NCBI GenBank assembly: GCA_031363085.1
Contig: JANLTU010000203.1
Coordinates: 5,544-69,543, forward strand
Source: Gammaproteobacteria bacterium
GTDB taxonomy: Bacteria > Pseudomonadota > Gammaproteobacteria > SG8-11
Reading direction: 5' to 3'
Length of the DNA: 64,000 nucleotides
Both the position numbers and the translations under genes were made by a program. Positions 46,852-55,806 of this stretch are shown here, piece by piece. The number at the start of each line of letters is the position of its first letter. Within the stretch, counting starts at the first letter, position 1. The notes under the pieces are model-generated. The model saw nothing but the letters and a program-made list of their open reading frames with translations, searched no databases and was not told the DNA's origin.

Positions 46852-47403
46852 GCACACGCGCTCGCCGGGGCGCGGGTCGAGCATTTTCACCATCATGCGG
46901 ATGATGTGGCGCGGGGTGCGGAACTGTCCGTTGGTGCCGGCGGTGTTGAGCTTGGACAGCAGGTATTCGTAGAGATCGCCCTGCACGTCCTGGTTCTGTA
47001 CCGAAATCTGCATCGCTTCTATCGCGCGGCACACTTCGATCAACAGGCTCGGTTTGTTGATCTTGAATTCGGCATTCTCCATCTGCGCGCCGAAGGAGCC
47101 AGCCTTGTCGCCCAAGCTTTTCAGAAAGGGGAACACGACTTCCTTGACGTGCTTGAGTGCCTTGTCTGCAGGCAACTGGCTCCAATGCGACCAGCGCAAG
47201 GTGGGATCGGAAAACAGCGGTTCAAATTTGTCGTCGCGCAGCCGGGCATGACGCTCGCCATCTTGCTCGCACTCGTCGATCTGCTTGAGAAAAAACAGGT
47301 AGGAAAGTTGCTCGATGGCATCGAGCGGATTGGACAAGCCGCCGGTCCAGACTTTATTCCATAAGGCGTCAACGCTGGATTTTAATTGTGAGTCGGTCAG
47401 CAT
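46852..47403 (-). pseudogene. hsdM: Type I restriction-modification methyltransferase HsdM, N-terminal fragment
   Basis: ATG 47403. MLTDSQLKSSVDALWNKVWTGGLSNPLDAIEQLSYLFFLK...GQFRTPRHIIRMMVKMLDPRPGERV. Homology stops where the IS3 remnant ends (~46850), before the SAM motif. Confidence 0.75.
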
Positions 47404-47440
47404 CGGGATTCTGTTATCCAGTATTGGGGGATTGGGCAGA

Positions 47441-47566
47441 ATGTAGGTTGGTTTAGCGGTTTTATCGCGTAACCCAACAAACCCAACCATTCAAGGCCGG
47501 CGTTCAGAAGGAAGATTGAATTTGTTGGGTTACGATGCAAAAAGCCGCGCCTAAGCCAACCTACAT
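47441..47566. repeat. MITE/REPIN-like element, copy A (126 bp, terminal inverted repeats)
   Basis: ATGTAGGTTGGTTTAGCGG ... CCGCGCCTAAGCCAACCTACAT termini. Internal dyad CGCGTAACCCAACAAA / TTTGTTGGGTTACG. About 85-90% identical to 49364-49486. Confidence 0.8.
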
Positions 47567-48530
47567 GACTACAGCTATGTGGATAACAACCCGCTGAGTG
47601 CGACTGATCCGAGCGGGTATTTTTTGAGTGGGTTGAAAAAAGCCGCCAAGAGATGGGAAAAGGTAGTTAATAAGTGGGGAGAGAAGATTGCGAATGCACC
47701 ACCGTTACTCCAGGAAATAGTGGGGGCGGCATTATTCATTGGTTCGTTTTTCGTTTATCCCTTACACCCTGTATTGGTATATAACATGGGCATCAATGGA
47801 TTGGCGCTTTTCGGGATGGGATTGTGCCGACAAGGGGTGTCATGCCAGATTGCGGAGAAAGTCCAACCCGGCGTCACGACTGGCCCGATAAATACAGATT
47901 CGCCCGGCCAGAAACCGCCGAGCGGAGGGAGCGGATCGTCGGGCGGGGGTTCGAGGCCATCCGTCGGGTTCCTCCGTGTGGGGTGGTGGGCCGTGCAAAG
48001 GAGATAGCGCTCCTGTTATTGATCCGGCCCTCAAACAGTTTCATTACTGAGAAGGCAGACTCGGTTGCGGCGCGCCTTCGCCGGGTACGTTCTTCAAACA
48101 ATTTGCGGGCCGGATCAATAGTACGAACACAACAGTCGCATGTTATCCGTGTGCATTACTCGGATTGGGAACGGCTTGGTGGATATATAATTCGTCGCAA
48201 TCTGGAAGCGGCGAAGGGGAAGGGGATGAATCGGGAGGGTCAAATAGTAGTGGGGGCGGGAAAACAATTGACCAGCTCATCGACGAGTCGACCAAGGGTC
48301 GTGAGACCAAAGGACGGGCGGATCAGTACGATCACCCGGGTGGCCGAGATCAAGCCGACAAGGACTTCGATGCGCTAGATGTTAACAATGTAAAAGATCG
48401 CGGCAATGGAACAAGAACCGGGACTTTGCCCGATGGACGACCCGTGAACATACACGACAGTAAGACTGACTGTATGCGCACCATTGAAGTGACTTGCGGC
48501 AGTCGCGATACCAAGATCCGTTATCCATGA
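47567..48530 (+). pseudogene. Orphan Rhs C-terminal toxin cassette (frameshift plus in-frame TGA)
   Basis: Begins DYSYVDNNPLSATDPSGYF (Rhs core-end motif) directly after the MITE. A hydrophobic segment and Gly/Ser linkers follow. The frame switches between 47579..48007 and 48051..48530. The C-terminal domain ...LPDGRPVNIHDSKTDCMRTIEVTCGSRDTKIRYP is unclassified. Confidence 0.6.
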
Positions 48531-48913
48531 GGCATGACATGAGTCAAAAATACGAAGTATGGGACGCTGTGGAGGGGCAGCACCCTTCTGTGTCCATTGA
48601 TGCGCTAATTGACGATTGGGAGGGTTTTCGTCTCCTGCTTCGTGAGTACGGCACTGAACGAGTTATTCGAGTCGCGTTTGATCGACATGTTGCATACCAG
48701 TGTCGCGACGAAACCGACTTGGATGGCGAAGCATCAAGGTCGAAAGGATTGATGAGGGGTTGCTTCTATATCGTTAAAGACTCGGAATTTGTTGCGCGTG
48801 TCACCGCAGACACACCGCGAGATTATGCCGGGATTCGGCACTTCGCGATTATTACCGATGCAAACTGCGTTGATATTCTTTCGCTAAGCGATCCTACGGT
48901 TGAGTACCTGTAA
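48527..48913 (+). CDS. Putative immunity protein for the Rhs-CT toxin
   Basis: ATG 48527 overlaps the toxin TGA (ccATGAgg). 128 aa, acidic, intact ORF. Confidence 0.5.
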   Translation: MRHDMSQKYEVWDAVEGQHPSVSIDALIDDWEGFRLLLREYGTERVIRVAFDRHVAYQCRDETDLDGEASRSKGLMRGCFYIVKDSEFVARVTADTPRDYAGIRHFAIITDANCVDILSLSDPTVEYL

Positions 48914-48918
48914 CCCGT

Positions 48919-49066
48919 AAGGCGGATGAGCGCAGCCATCCGCCGTATGTTGCCCGTTCACGATTCATGATCTGCCCGCATCGAAGTGGCGGGGCTTGAT
49001 GTAATCACTAGCGGCTTGTGTGCGGAGGCGAAATGGCGGATAACGGCTTCGCCTCATCCGCCCTAC
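48919..49066. repeat. Two REP-type hairpins (GGCGGATG...CATCCGCC class)
   Basis: 48921-48944: GGCGGATG-agcgcagc-CATCCGCC. 49025-49062: nested GAGGCGAA/TTCGCCTC and GGCGGAT/ATCCGCC stems. Adjacent to the RAYT stub. Confidence 0.6.
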
Positions 49067-49082
49067 GAATTACGGAGAAGGC

Positions 49083-49178
49083 ATGCCGGACTATCGACGG
49101 TATCGGGTGGCGGACGGCACGTATTTTTTTACAGTGAATTTGCTGGAACGGAAAACGATTTGCGGGTGTGGCACGTGA
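49083..49178 (+). pseudogene. REP-associated tyrosine transposase (RAYT/IS200-like) N-terminal stub
   Basis: MPDYRRYRVADGTYFFTVNLLERK matches the conserved RAYT N-terminus, followed by a frameshift and loss of homology. Confidence 0.6.
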
Positions 49179-49181
49179 GCG

Positions 49182-49361
49182 TCAGGTTTTTTTGTCAAGC
49201 CCGGCTTGCGAGAAGTGTTTATCGAAGATGAGCGCGGTTTTGACTTTGAGCCGTTTCATCACGGCGAACGAGACGCAGTCCGTAAATGAGAAGCCTTTGT
49301 CTTGAAAGCGCTCAAACCACTGCTAGGCCGCGTTGAAGTCGGTTTCGTCGATGTGCACGAA
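49182..49361 (-). pseudogene. vapC: PIN-domain toxin VapC, C-terminal fragment with in-frame TAG
   Basis: FVHIDETDFNAA*QWFERFQDKGFSFTDCVSFAVMKRLKVKTALIFDKHFSQAGL. The N-terminal half is replaced by MITE copy B. Confidence 0.6.
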
Positions 49362-49363
49362 GA

Positions 49364-49486
49364 ATGTAGGTTGGGTTAGCAGTTTTATCGCGTAACCCAA
49401 CAAACCTAAACATTCAATACCGGCGTTCAGAAGGAAGATTGAGTTTGTTGGGTTACGGCGCAAAAAGCCCCGCCTAACCCATATAT
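49364..49486. repeat. MITE/REPIN-like element, copy B
   Basis: ATGTAGGTTGGGTTAGCAG...CGCGTAACCCAACAAA...TTTGTTGGGTTACGG...CGCCTAACCCATATAT. The right terminus is degenerate. Confidence 0.75.
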
Positions 49487-49839
49487 GGTGAAGAAAACGG
49501 CAAGCCGAAGCTTTCGAGCATCGACAGCCACGCAAAAGCGGCCGCCCTGTTGCGGCTTCTTGATCTGACGATCAGGACAGCCGAAGGATCGGTGATCCCA
49601 CATGATCTAGCGAATGCGCTCGATCAAATCCGTAATATCGCGCCCCATCTCACCGAGAAAAAAGAATTTCGCCGTCTGGCTACTGCCGCCCGCCGGGGTT
49701 AGTTTGCATAACAACACGGTAATTGAGCAAGTAGCGCTCAATGCCGCTGCATCGTGGTCAAAATCAAAACCCAGCGCCACGACGAATGTCGTTTGGAGTG
49801 CTGCATTTTTGGGATGATTTGCGCGGCGAAGCGTGAGGA

Positions 49840-49915
49840 TGGTGCCGGGTAGAGGAATCGAACCCCCGACCTGCCGCTTACAAGGCGGCTGCTCTACCGA
49901 CTGAGCTAACCCGGC
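49840..49915 (-). tRNA. tRNA-Thr (anticodon TGT)
   Basis: Reverse complement GCCGGGTTAGCTCAGTCGGTAGAGCAGCCGCCTTGTAAGCGGCAGGTCGGGGGTTCGATTCCTCTACCCGGCACCA. Anticodon loop CTTGTAA. 76 nt with encoded CCA. Confidence 0.88.
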
Positions 49916-49950
49916 TGCGCTACGCGCGGACATTTTAAACGCGATGGGGT

Positions 49951-50847
49951 TTATTTACACGCACGTTGTTTTTTTTCGACCTTTTCCGTTCCACTGATCA
50001 CGTCTTTGATCTGTGCTGCGGTAATACGGCGGCGTGCGTTTTCGTCGACATCGACCCAGTATTGCGTGGTGCTGTCGAAGTGTTTTTCGACCACTGGCCG
50101 AAAGCCCAGTTTAACCAGCGTGTTGACGCGTTTGTTGGCCTGCGCTTCCGAATCGTATTTGCCCAGCGAGATCATGTTTTCGTATTCACCGTTGTTGATG
50201 ATGTTGGCATCGGCGACTTTTTTCTTGCGTAGCTCTTCAAGCCGTTTGTTTGCGGCGCGCTCATCCTTGGTTGCTTCGATCACCCACCACTGCTGGGTAC
50301 TGCGGACTTCGTGTTCGCGAACTGCGGTGCGCAGTCCCAAGTTCAGGCCGACCAGCCGGGCCATGACACTTTCGGAGTTGCTCAATACGCTGAACGGACC
50401 GAGTGCAAAACACGCGGTGGCTTCGGGCTCCGCCGCTGGGCGTGGACGTTCGCGTGCCGTCCGTTCTTCAATTTTGCGCGCCGCAAGATTGGCCTCGATG
50501 CGTTCGGCCTGCCGCGCTTCTGCGGCTAAAACTTTTCTTTCGAGTTCGGTCAGCGGCGGCACTGTCTCTATCGCTGCCGATGTCGGCGGTGGCGGTGGCG
50601 GCGGGCGTACGCTCTCCGCAGGTCGTGTGGGCTCGCGTGCCCGCTGGGCCGCTGTGTTAGCGGGCTCGGATGTTTCGGCCGGGCTGCGGGTGCCATTCTC
50701 GACTTCGTGCAACAGTCGAATGGACTTATTGCCGCCGGGCGATTTGGTCGGCGTGACGGCCACCGATTCGGTCGAAGGTTGATGCAACTGATGCCAGATC
50801 AGGAATGCGGTGTTGACGAACAGCAATAGAAAAAACGCCCACCTCAT
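49951..50847 (-). CDS. SPOR domain-containing protein
   Basis: N-terminal TM helix MRWAFFLLLFVNTAFLIW, a Pro/Ala-rich linker, and a C-terminal SPOR-like domain (...ISLGKYDSEAQANKRVNTLVKLGF). Confidence 0.75.
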   Translation of the reverse strand: MRWAFFLLLFVNTAFLIWHQLHQPSTESVAVTPTKSPGGNKSIRLLHEVENGTRSPAETSEPANTAAQRAREPTRPAESVRPPPPPPPTSAAIETVPPLTELERKVLAAEARQAERIEANLAARKIEERTARERPRPAAEPEATACFALGPFSVLSNSESVMARLVGLNLGLRTAVREHEVRSTQQWWVIEATKDERAANKRLEELRKKKVADANIINNGEYENMISLGKYDSEAQANKRVNTLVKLGFRPVVEKHFDSTTQYWVDVDENARRRITAAQIKDVISGTEKVEKKQRACK

Positions 50848-51599
50848 GGCGTGCTCCCCGCGAATACCGCCAAGCCATCCAGCACCAAATGCGCTTCGTG
50901 ACGCAGCGTCGTGCGCAGCAACGGCAGCAGCACCGACGCATCTCCGCCGGTGATCACGCCGCTGACGGGCGCGTTTAAATTGCGCTGTGCATCGGTTAAC
51001 ACCCGGTCAACAAATGCGGCGGCGGTGAGGCGCGTGCCGGCGAGCACGCCGTTCTGCGTGTCGGTTGCCAGCCAGACTTCGGGTGCCGCCAAGTCTTGCT
51101 GCATGGCGCCGATGCCCGAGGTGTCGCGCGTCAACGCGCCGCACATCGTTACCAGTCCGGGAGTGATCAGGCCGCCGCGATGTTGTCCGCCGGCGTCGAA
51201 CACGTCAGCCGTGATCGCCGTGCCGCAATCGACCACGCACACCGCCATAGCAGGAAGGGCACGGCGTGCGGCGATCATCGCCAACCAGCGATCCACGCCC
51301 AAGCGGTCGGGGCGTGCATAAGAATTTGTCACGCCATGAGCCTGCTTTTGTGCGTGCGCGAACTCGGTATGCAGTTGCCAGCGCTTCTGCACCCAGTCGT
51401 ATAATGCGTCCGCGATTTTTGTGCCGACCACGTTGGACACCAGCACGCGTTCGGGTGCCGCGATGCCGCGCCATTGCGCGTCCAGGTTGCGCGCGAACAA
51501 CGCCGGTTCATGCGCCACCGCACCGGTGCGCGTGTGCACGCCGTCTTCCCACAAAGACCACTTCATGCGCGTGTTGCCGATATCCGCCAGCAGCATCAT
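50844..51599 (-). CDS. coaX: Type III pantothenate kinase
   Basis: MMLLADIGNTRMKW and GGDA motif. 251 aa. Overlaps birA and the SPOR gene. Confidence 0.88.
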   Translation of the reverse strand: MMLLADIGNTRMKWSLWEDGVHTRTGAVAHEPALFARNLDAQWRGIAAPERVLVSNVVGTKIADALYDWVQKRWQLHTEFAHAQKQAHGVTNSYARPDRLGVDRWLAMIAARRALPAMAVCVVDCGTAITADVFDAGGQHRGGLITPGLVTMCGALTRDTSGIGAMQQDLAAPEVWLATDTQNGVLAGTRLTAAAFVDRVLTDAQRNLNAPVSGVITGGDASVLLPLLRTTLRHEAHLVLDGLAVFAGSTP

Positions 51600-52576
51600 G
51601 CCGATACCTCTCGTAAGCTCAGTTCACCGGAAGCATAAGCGCGGGTCGCGCCGCCCTGTGCGAATAATAACGCACCCTGCGGATCGATGCCGTCGACTTG
51701 GCCACGCAGGGTATGGTGCGGCAAATGCAACAGCGCCTCTTTGCCCACGTAGGCATCGCGCGCGCGCCAACGCGGCAGAAAACTGGCAAAACCCTCGCGT
51801 TCGAAGGTCTGCAACGCCAGCAGCACGTGTTGCAACAACAGCGCCGCCAGAGGATTGCGCGCCGGCCGCACACCGGTAATTGAAACGATATCGACCCACG
51901 GCTGGTCGATGGTAGCGGCCATCTCCGCCGCCATGGCGACGTTGACGCCAATGCCCGCGACGACATAACACGGCCCGGAAGATTCGCCGGCCATTTCCAC
52001 CAAAATGCCCGCCAGTTTCTTGCTCTGCCAGAGCACATCGTTGGGCCACTTCAAGCCAACACCCGGCACCGCAGCCGCCTGCAGAGCTTCGGCGACTGCG
52101 ACGCCCAGTGCCAGACTCAAACCACCGACCACGGCGGCACCGGAATTAAAGCGCCATAACACCGACAAATAAATATTGCCGCCGAACGGCGATACCCAGG
52201 TGCGGCCGCGTCGGCCGCGACCGGAGCTCTGATATTCGGCCAGGCAAGCCCAGCCGCCGGGCGCGCCGCGTTGTGCGTGCTCGACCAGTAGCGCGTTGGT
52301 CGACGCAACCTCCAGATGCACATCCAGTCGTTTTAGCGCTGTCCGCGCCGGCGTGGACAGCGCGGCGAGAATCTGGTCCGCCGCCAGCAACTCCAGCGGC
52401 GCCGGTAGACGATAGCCTTTGCCTGCCACCGCATAGGCATCGATGCCGAGCTTTTTAAGCTTTTGCAACGCGTTCCAGATGGTCGCCCGCGTCACGCCCA
52501 AGGCATCACCCAAAGCCACGCCGGAATGAAAGCGGCCGTCGGCGAGCAGGCGTAGCAAGGCATGCGTGTCGCTCAT
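51596..52576 (-). CDS. birA: Bifunctional biotin-[acetyl-CoA-carboxylase] ligase / biotin operon repressor
   Basis: N-terminal wHTH (SGVALGDALGVTRATIWNALQKLKKLG) and the GRGRRGRTW motif. Confidence 0.9.
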   Translation of the reverse strand: MSDTHALLRLLADGRFHSGVALGDALGVTRATIWNALQKLKKLGIDAYAVAGKGYRLPAPLELLAADQILAALSTPARTALKRLDVHLEVASTNALLVEHAQRGAPGGWACLAEYQSSGRGRRGRTWVSPFGGNIYLSVLWRFNSGAAVVGGLSLALGVAVAEALQAAAVPGVGLKWPNDVLWQSKKLAGILVEMAGESSGPCYVVAGIGVNVAMAAEMAATIDQPWVDIVSITGVRPARNPLAALLLQHVLLALQTFEREGFASFLPRWRARDAYVGKEALLHLPHHTLRGQVDGIDPQGALLFAQGGATRAYASGELSLREVSA

Positions 52577-54153
52577 CGCGTCAGCAATCCGTGCACGGTG
52601 GATTTCAGCAGCCAGCCGCGCACTCGTTCACGCAGGTCGGCGTCGAAAAAATCCATCGGGTTGTAGTCGTCGGTCAGCACCAGCGTATCGGCATCGACGG
52701 TGAATGGATAACTTGTGCGCAGAAAGCCACGCACCTGGGCATTGACGCGCGGGTGAATATCAAGCCCTGGAACCTCGCCGAGCGGCAACAGGTTGCGTGC
52801 GCCGTTGTAAGAAAAAATTTCCAGATTACCCACGCCGCCGTCGGCATCGGCTAGATCGAAGGCGGGGTAGACATCCACCAACTCGAACACGCTACGCAGC
52901 GTGCGCACCACCGAGCCGGTCATGCGCCGCTGCTCGCTGACGCTGCCGATGAAGTTGATACCCAGCACCCCGCCGGGACGCAGATGCTGCGCCAGCAAGG
53001 TGAACATCTCGCGGCTCAGCAGGTGGTGCGGCATCATATCGCCGTTATAGGCATCAAGAACAATGTAGTCGTACATGCGCGGCGTGGTCAGCAAAAAGTG
53101 TCGCGCATCGGCGATCATGACATCGCCGTTGGTGCTAAAACCAAAGTAGTCGCGCGCCAGTTGCGGAATCAGTGGGTCGATGTCGACCACGTCGGTGCGG
53201 ATGCCGCGCGCGCTGTACCAGCCGGGAATAAAGCCCGCGCCCAGACCCACCACCAAGCAATCGCGGCCGTTGGGTTGCAGCCGGTAAGGGATAAACTGCA
53301 TCAGATAGGGGTAGCGATTCACGCTCAGACCGCGACGCAAATCCTGCCCGCCTTGGTGCAAGCCGTCGATCAGCAACTGGCGGTCCACCGCGTCGCCGTA
53401 GTCAACATCGACCACTTTAACGGCGCCATAAAAGGTGTCGCTTGCGAACACCTCGCGCACCTGCGCACCGGGCGTGCTCAGCGCGGGTGGCACGATCCAC
53501 TGTGGCGCCAAAACCAGACCGATGACCAGCGCCGCAGCGGCGACGAGCATGCGTCGCAGCACTGCAAAGTAGGCCGCCGCAATCAGCAGCAAGGTCAACC
53601 CGACCGCGTAAAATGCCTGATTTACGCCTAAATACGCGATCATGAAAAAACCGGTGAGCGCGGTGCCCGCGACGCTGCCGACGGTGGACAGCGCGTACAA
53701 GCCGCCGACGGTGCGGCCGATGTTGTCGACCGCGCGTGCGGCGATCTTGACCAAGTACGGCGACACGCTGCCCAGCAACAACAAGGCCGGGCCAAATAAA
53801 ATCAGCGAGCTCACAAACGCGCCGGTACGCAAGCCCAGTGGCAGGCTGGCTTCCAGCACCGGCGCTTTCAGCCACGGGATCAACAACACGCAGACACCGG
53901 CGCCGGCAATCAACCCGTACAGATCGGCGCTGTGCCCACGCCGGTCGGCCAGCACGCCGCCGAACCAGTAACCCAACGCAAGCGAAATCAAGGTGACGCT
54001 GATTAATGAAGTCCACACAAACAGACTCACGCCGAAAAATGGCCCGATCACGCGCGAGCCCAAGACCTCGATCACCATCACCGCTGCGCCGCACACCAGG
54101 GCGCTGAACAGCAGATACGCGAACAACCACTTACTGCGACGAGCTTCGGTCAT
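52573..54153 (-). CDS. Fused MFS-like membrane domain / spermidine synthase-like protein
   Basis: Seven or more N-terminal TM helices, then a SAM-MTase/aminopropyltransferase fold (CLVVGLGAGFIPGWY...VLDAYNGD). Confidence 0.75.
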   Translation of the reverse strand: MTEARRSKWLFAYLLFSALVCGAAVMVIEVLGSRVIGPFFGVSLFVWTSLISVTLISLALGYWFGGVLADRRGHSADLYGLIAGAGVCVLLIPWLKAPVLEASLPLGLRTGAFVSSLILFGPALLLLGSVSPYLVKIAARAVDNIGRTVGGLYALSTVGSVAGTALTGFFMIAYLGVNQAFYAVGLTLLLIAAAYFAVLRRMLVAAAALVIGLVLAPQWIVPPALSTPGAQVREVFASDTFYGAVKVVDVDYGDAVDRQLLIDGLHQGGQDLRRGLSVNRYPYLMQFIPYRLQPNGRDCLVVGLGAGFIPGWYSARGIRTDVVDIDPLIPQLARDYFGFSTNGDVMIADARHFLLTTPRMYDYIVLDAYNGDMMPHHLLSREMFTLLAQHLRPGGVLGINFIGSVSEQRRMTGSVVRTLRSVFELVDVYPAFDLADADGGVGNLEIFSYNGARNLLPLGEVPGLDIHPRVNAQVRGFLRTSYPFTVDADTLVLTDDYNPMDFFDADLRERVRGWLLKSTVHGLLTR

Positions 54154-54177
54154 GGTGATCTCTTGAGTAACGATTAA

Positions 54178-54240
54178 TTTTGAATGTTTGATGGTGAATG
54201 CTGAATTGAAATGTGCGCTGGGCGCACACCTGAATTAAAC
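54178..54240. repeat. REP-like palindromic element, copy 3
   Basis: TTGAATGTTTGATGGTGAATGCTGAATTGAA + GTGCGC-TGG-GCGCAC hairpin + CTGAATTAAAC. Lies between the cyclase stop and the MFS/SpeE start. Confidence 0.65.
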
Positions 54241-55806
54241 GATTTCAGAGGTGGTGGCATCCTTCGGCGTGTACACCCGCACTTCCTGTTCGCGCCCTTT
54301 TACACGGAACATGCCGCATTCGCGCATGCCGCTTGCCAGTTCGGCCGGCAGGCGGCGATACACTTCGGCGCTGATCAGCACGTCGGTCCCCAACTCCTTA
54401 TTCAGTGTTTCCAGGCGCGCTGCGACATTTACGGCGTCGCCGATCACTGCGTATTTCATGCGCGTTTCGCCACCCAGGCTACCCGCCACCACGCGCCCGG
54501 TATGCACGCCGATGCGCGCCTTGAGTTGCGCGATGCCGCTTTTGGTCCAGCACTCGGCAAGCCCGCTGGCTTGCCACTCGCCGTTCAATTGCTCCAAGCG
54601 ATCCCGCATCGCCAACGCGCTGCGCATCGCTTGCTGCGGATGATCCTCACGAAAATACGGGGCGCCGAATACGGCGAGGATCGCGTCGCCGAGAATTTCA
54701 ATGACGCAGCCATGATGCGCGTCGACCAACAGATTCATCGCACCCAAATACTGGTTGAGCATGTCAAGCAGTTGCACCGGCGGCAGATGTTCACAGATGG
54801 TCGAGTAGCTCGACAAATCGCTGAATAATATAGTCACCTCGCGCTCCGCCGCGCCGCGCCCGGTCGTGTCGCGGTGATCGAGCAACTCGCGCGCGACATC
54901 CTCGCTGACGTAGCGACCGAAGATGGCGCGGATGAATTCGCGATCTTGCAGACCTTCGGCCATTTTGTCGAAGTGCCGGCTCATCAGCCCGAATTCGTCG
55001 CGCCGCTTGAGGCCCAGCCGCGTGGTAAGTTCGCCGCGTGCAACCGCAGCGGTGGCGTCGATGATGCGCGTCAACGGCTCGCGCACACTGCGCGCGACCG
55101 CTAATGAAATCAGGCCCAGCAGCAGCGCGGCGATGCCGAACACGCCTAACGTTACCCACATCACATCGCTCTTCATCACTTCGATACGCGACGCTTGCAC
55201 GTCGGCACCGACCAGGGCAACACCCTTGCCGCTCGCGTCGCGCACCGGTGCGTAGCCCGACAGGGTCAGGCCGAAGGCGTCGCTAAACGGTTCGTCTTCA
55301 ACTGCCGGCGCTTCGAAACCACGCTGCAATACCGGCAGTGCGGTGGCGTCGTAGGCATCGCCCGGCGTGGCGAGGGTGCCTTCCTTGACATAATCGACAA
55401 AGAACCGCAGTTGACCCGGCTGATCGGTTAGGCGTAGCAGGTAAATGCTTTGGATATCGGTGTCGGTTTGCGCCGCAGCGGCAAAACGCTTGCGTAACTC
55501 ATTGTGGTAGTTGGTCGGTTCGTGCGCGTCGAGCGCGACTTTGGCCAGATGCTCGGCGCTCACCGTCGCCGCCAACCCCGTGACCGTGGTGAGCAGGCGC
55601 CGCTGCAGGTGCACCAACTCGGAGTTGACGCTGTAGTGGTAGAAAATCGTCGCAATCAACACCAGCGACACCAGCACGGTACCGCCATATAACCCGGTCA
55701 GGCGCAGATGAAAGCGTTGCCATGCGCGCAAACGCAGCAACGGATCGGCCGCCGCGCTGATCAACTTGGGCGGATTGTCCGGAATCTGTAGGGGTGCCGC
55801 AGACAT
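54235..55806 (-). CDS. Membrane sensor adenylate/guanylate cyclase (periplasmic sensor + HAMP + class III cyclase)
   Basis: Two TM helices flank a ~170-aa sensor region. HAMP (REPLTRIIDATAAVARGELTTRL). Cyclase motifs VTILFSDLSSYS, GDAILAVFGAP and RIGVHTGRVVAG. Confidence 0.88.
   Translation of the reverse strand: MSAAPLQIPDNPPKLISAAADPLLRLRAWQRFHLRLTGLYGGTVLVSLVLIATIFYHYSVNSELVHLQRRLLTTVTGLAATVSAEHLAKVALDAHEPTNYHNELRKRFAAAAQTDTDIQSIYLLRLTDQPGQLRFFVDYVKEGTLATPGDAYDATALPVLQRGFEAPAVEDEPFSDAFGLTLSGYAPVRDASGKGVALVGADVQASRIEVMKSDVMWVTLGVFGIAALLLGLISLAVARSVREPLTRIIDATAAVARGELTTRLGLKRRDEFGLMSRHFDKMAEGLQDREFIRAIFGRYVSEDVARELLDHRDTTGRGAAEREVTILFSDLSSYSTICEHLPPVQLLDMLNQYLGAMNLLVDAHHGCVIEILGDAILAVFGAPYFREDHPQQAMRSALAMRDRLEQLNGEWQASGLAECWTKSGIAQLKARIGVHTGRVVAGSLGGETRMKYAVIGDAVNVAARLETLNKELGTDVLISAEVYRRLPAELASGMRECGMFRVKGREQEVRVYTPKDATTSEIV

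Noticed and set aside
47824-48378. 184-aa ORF in a third frame inside the Rhs-CT region
   Set aside because: It is an Arg-rich translation without motifs. The other two frames carry the Rhs junction motif and the toxin-end/immunity coupling.
49607-49933. 108-aa minus-strand ORF
   Set aside because: It runs straight through tRNA-Thr (49840-49915), so its N-terminal part is a translation of the tRNA. The remaining part has no recognisable motif.
50480-50660. GGC/GCG-rich short tandem repeats inside the SPOR gene
   Set aside because: They encode the Pro/Ala-rich linker (PPPPPPTSAA...) that is normal for SPOR proteins. They are not an independent repeat element.
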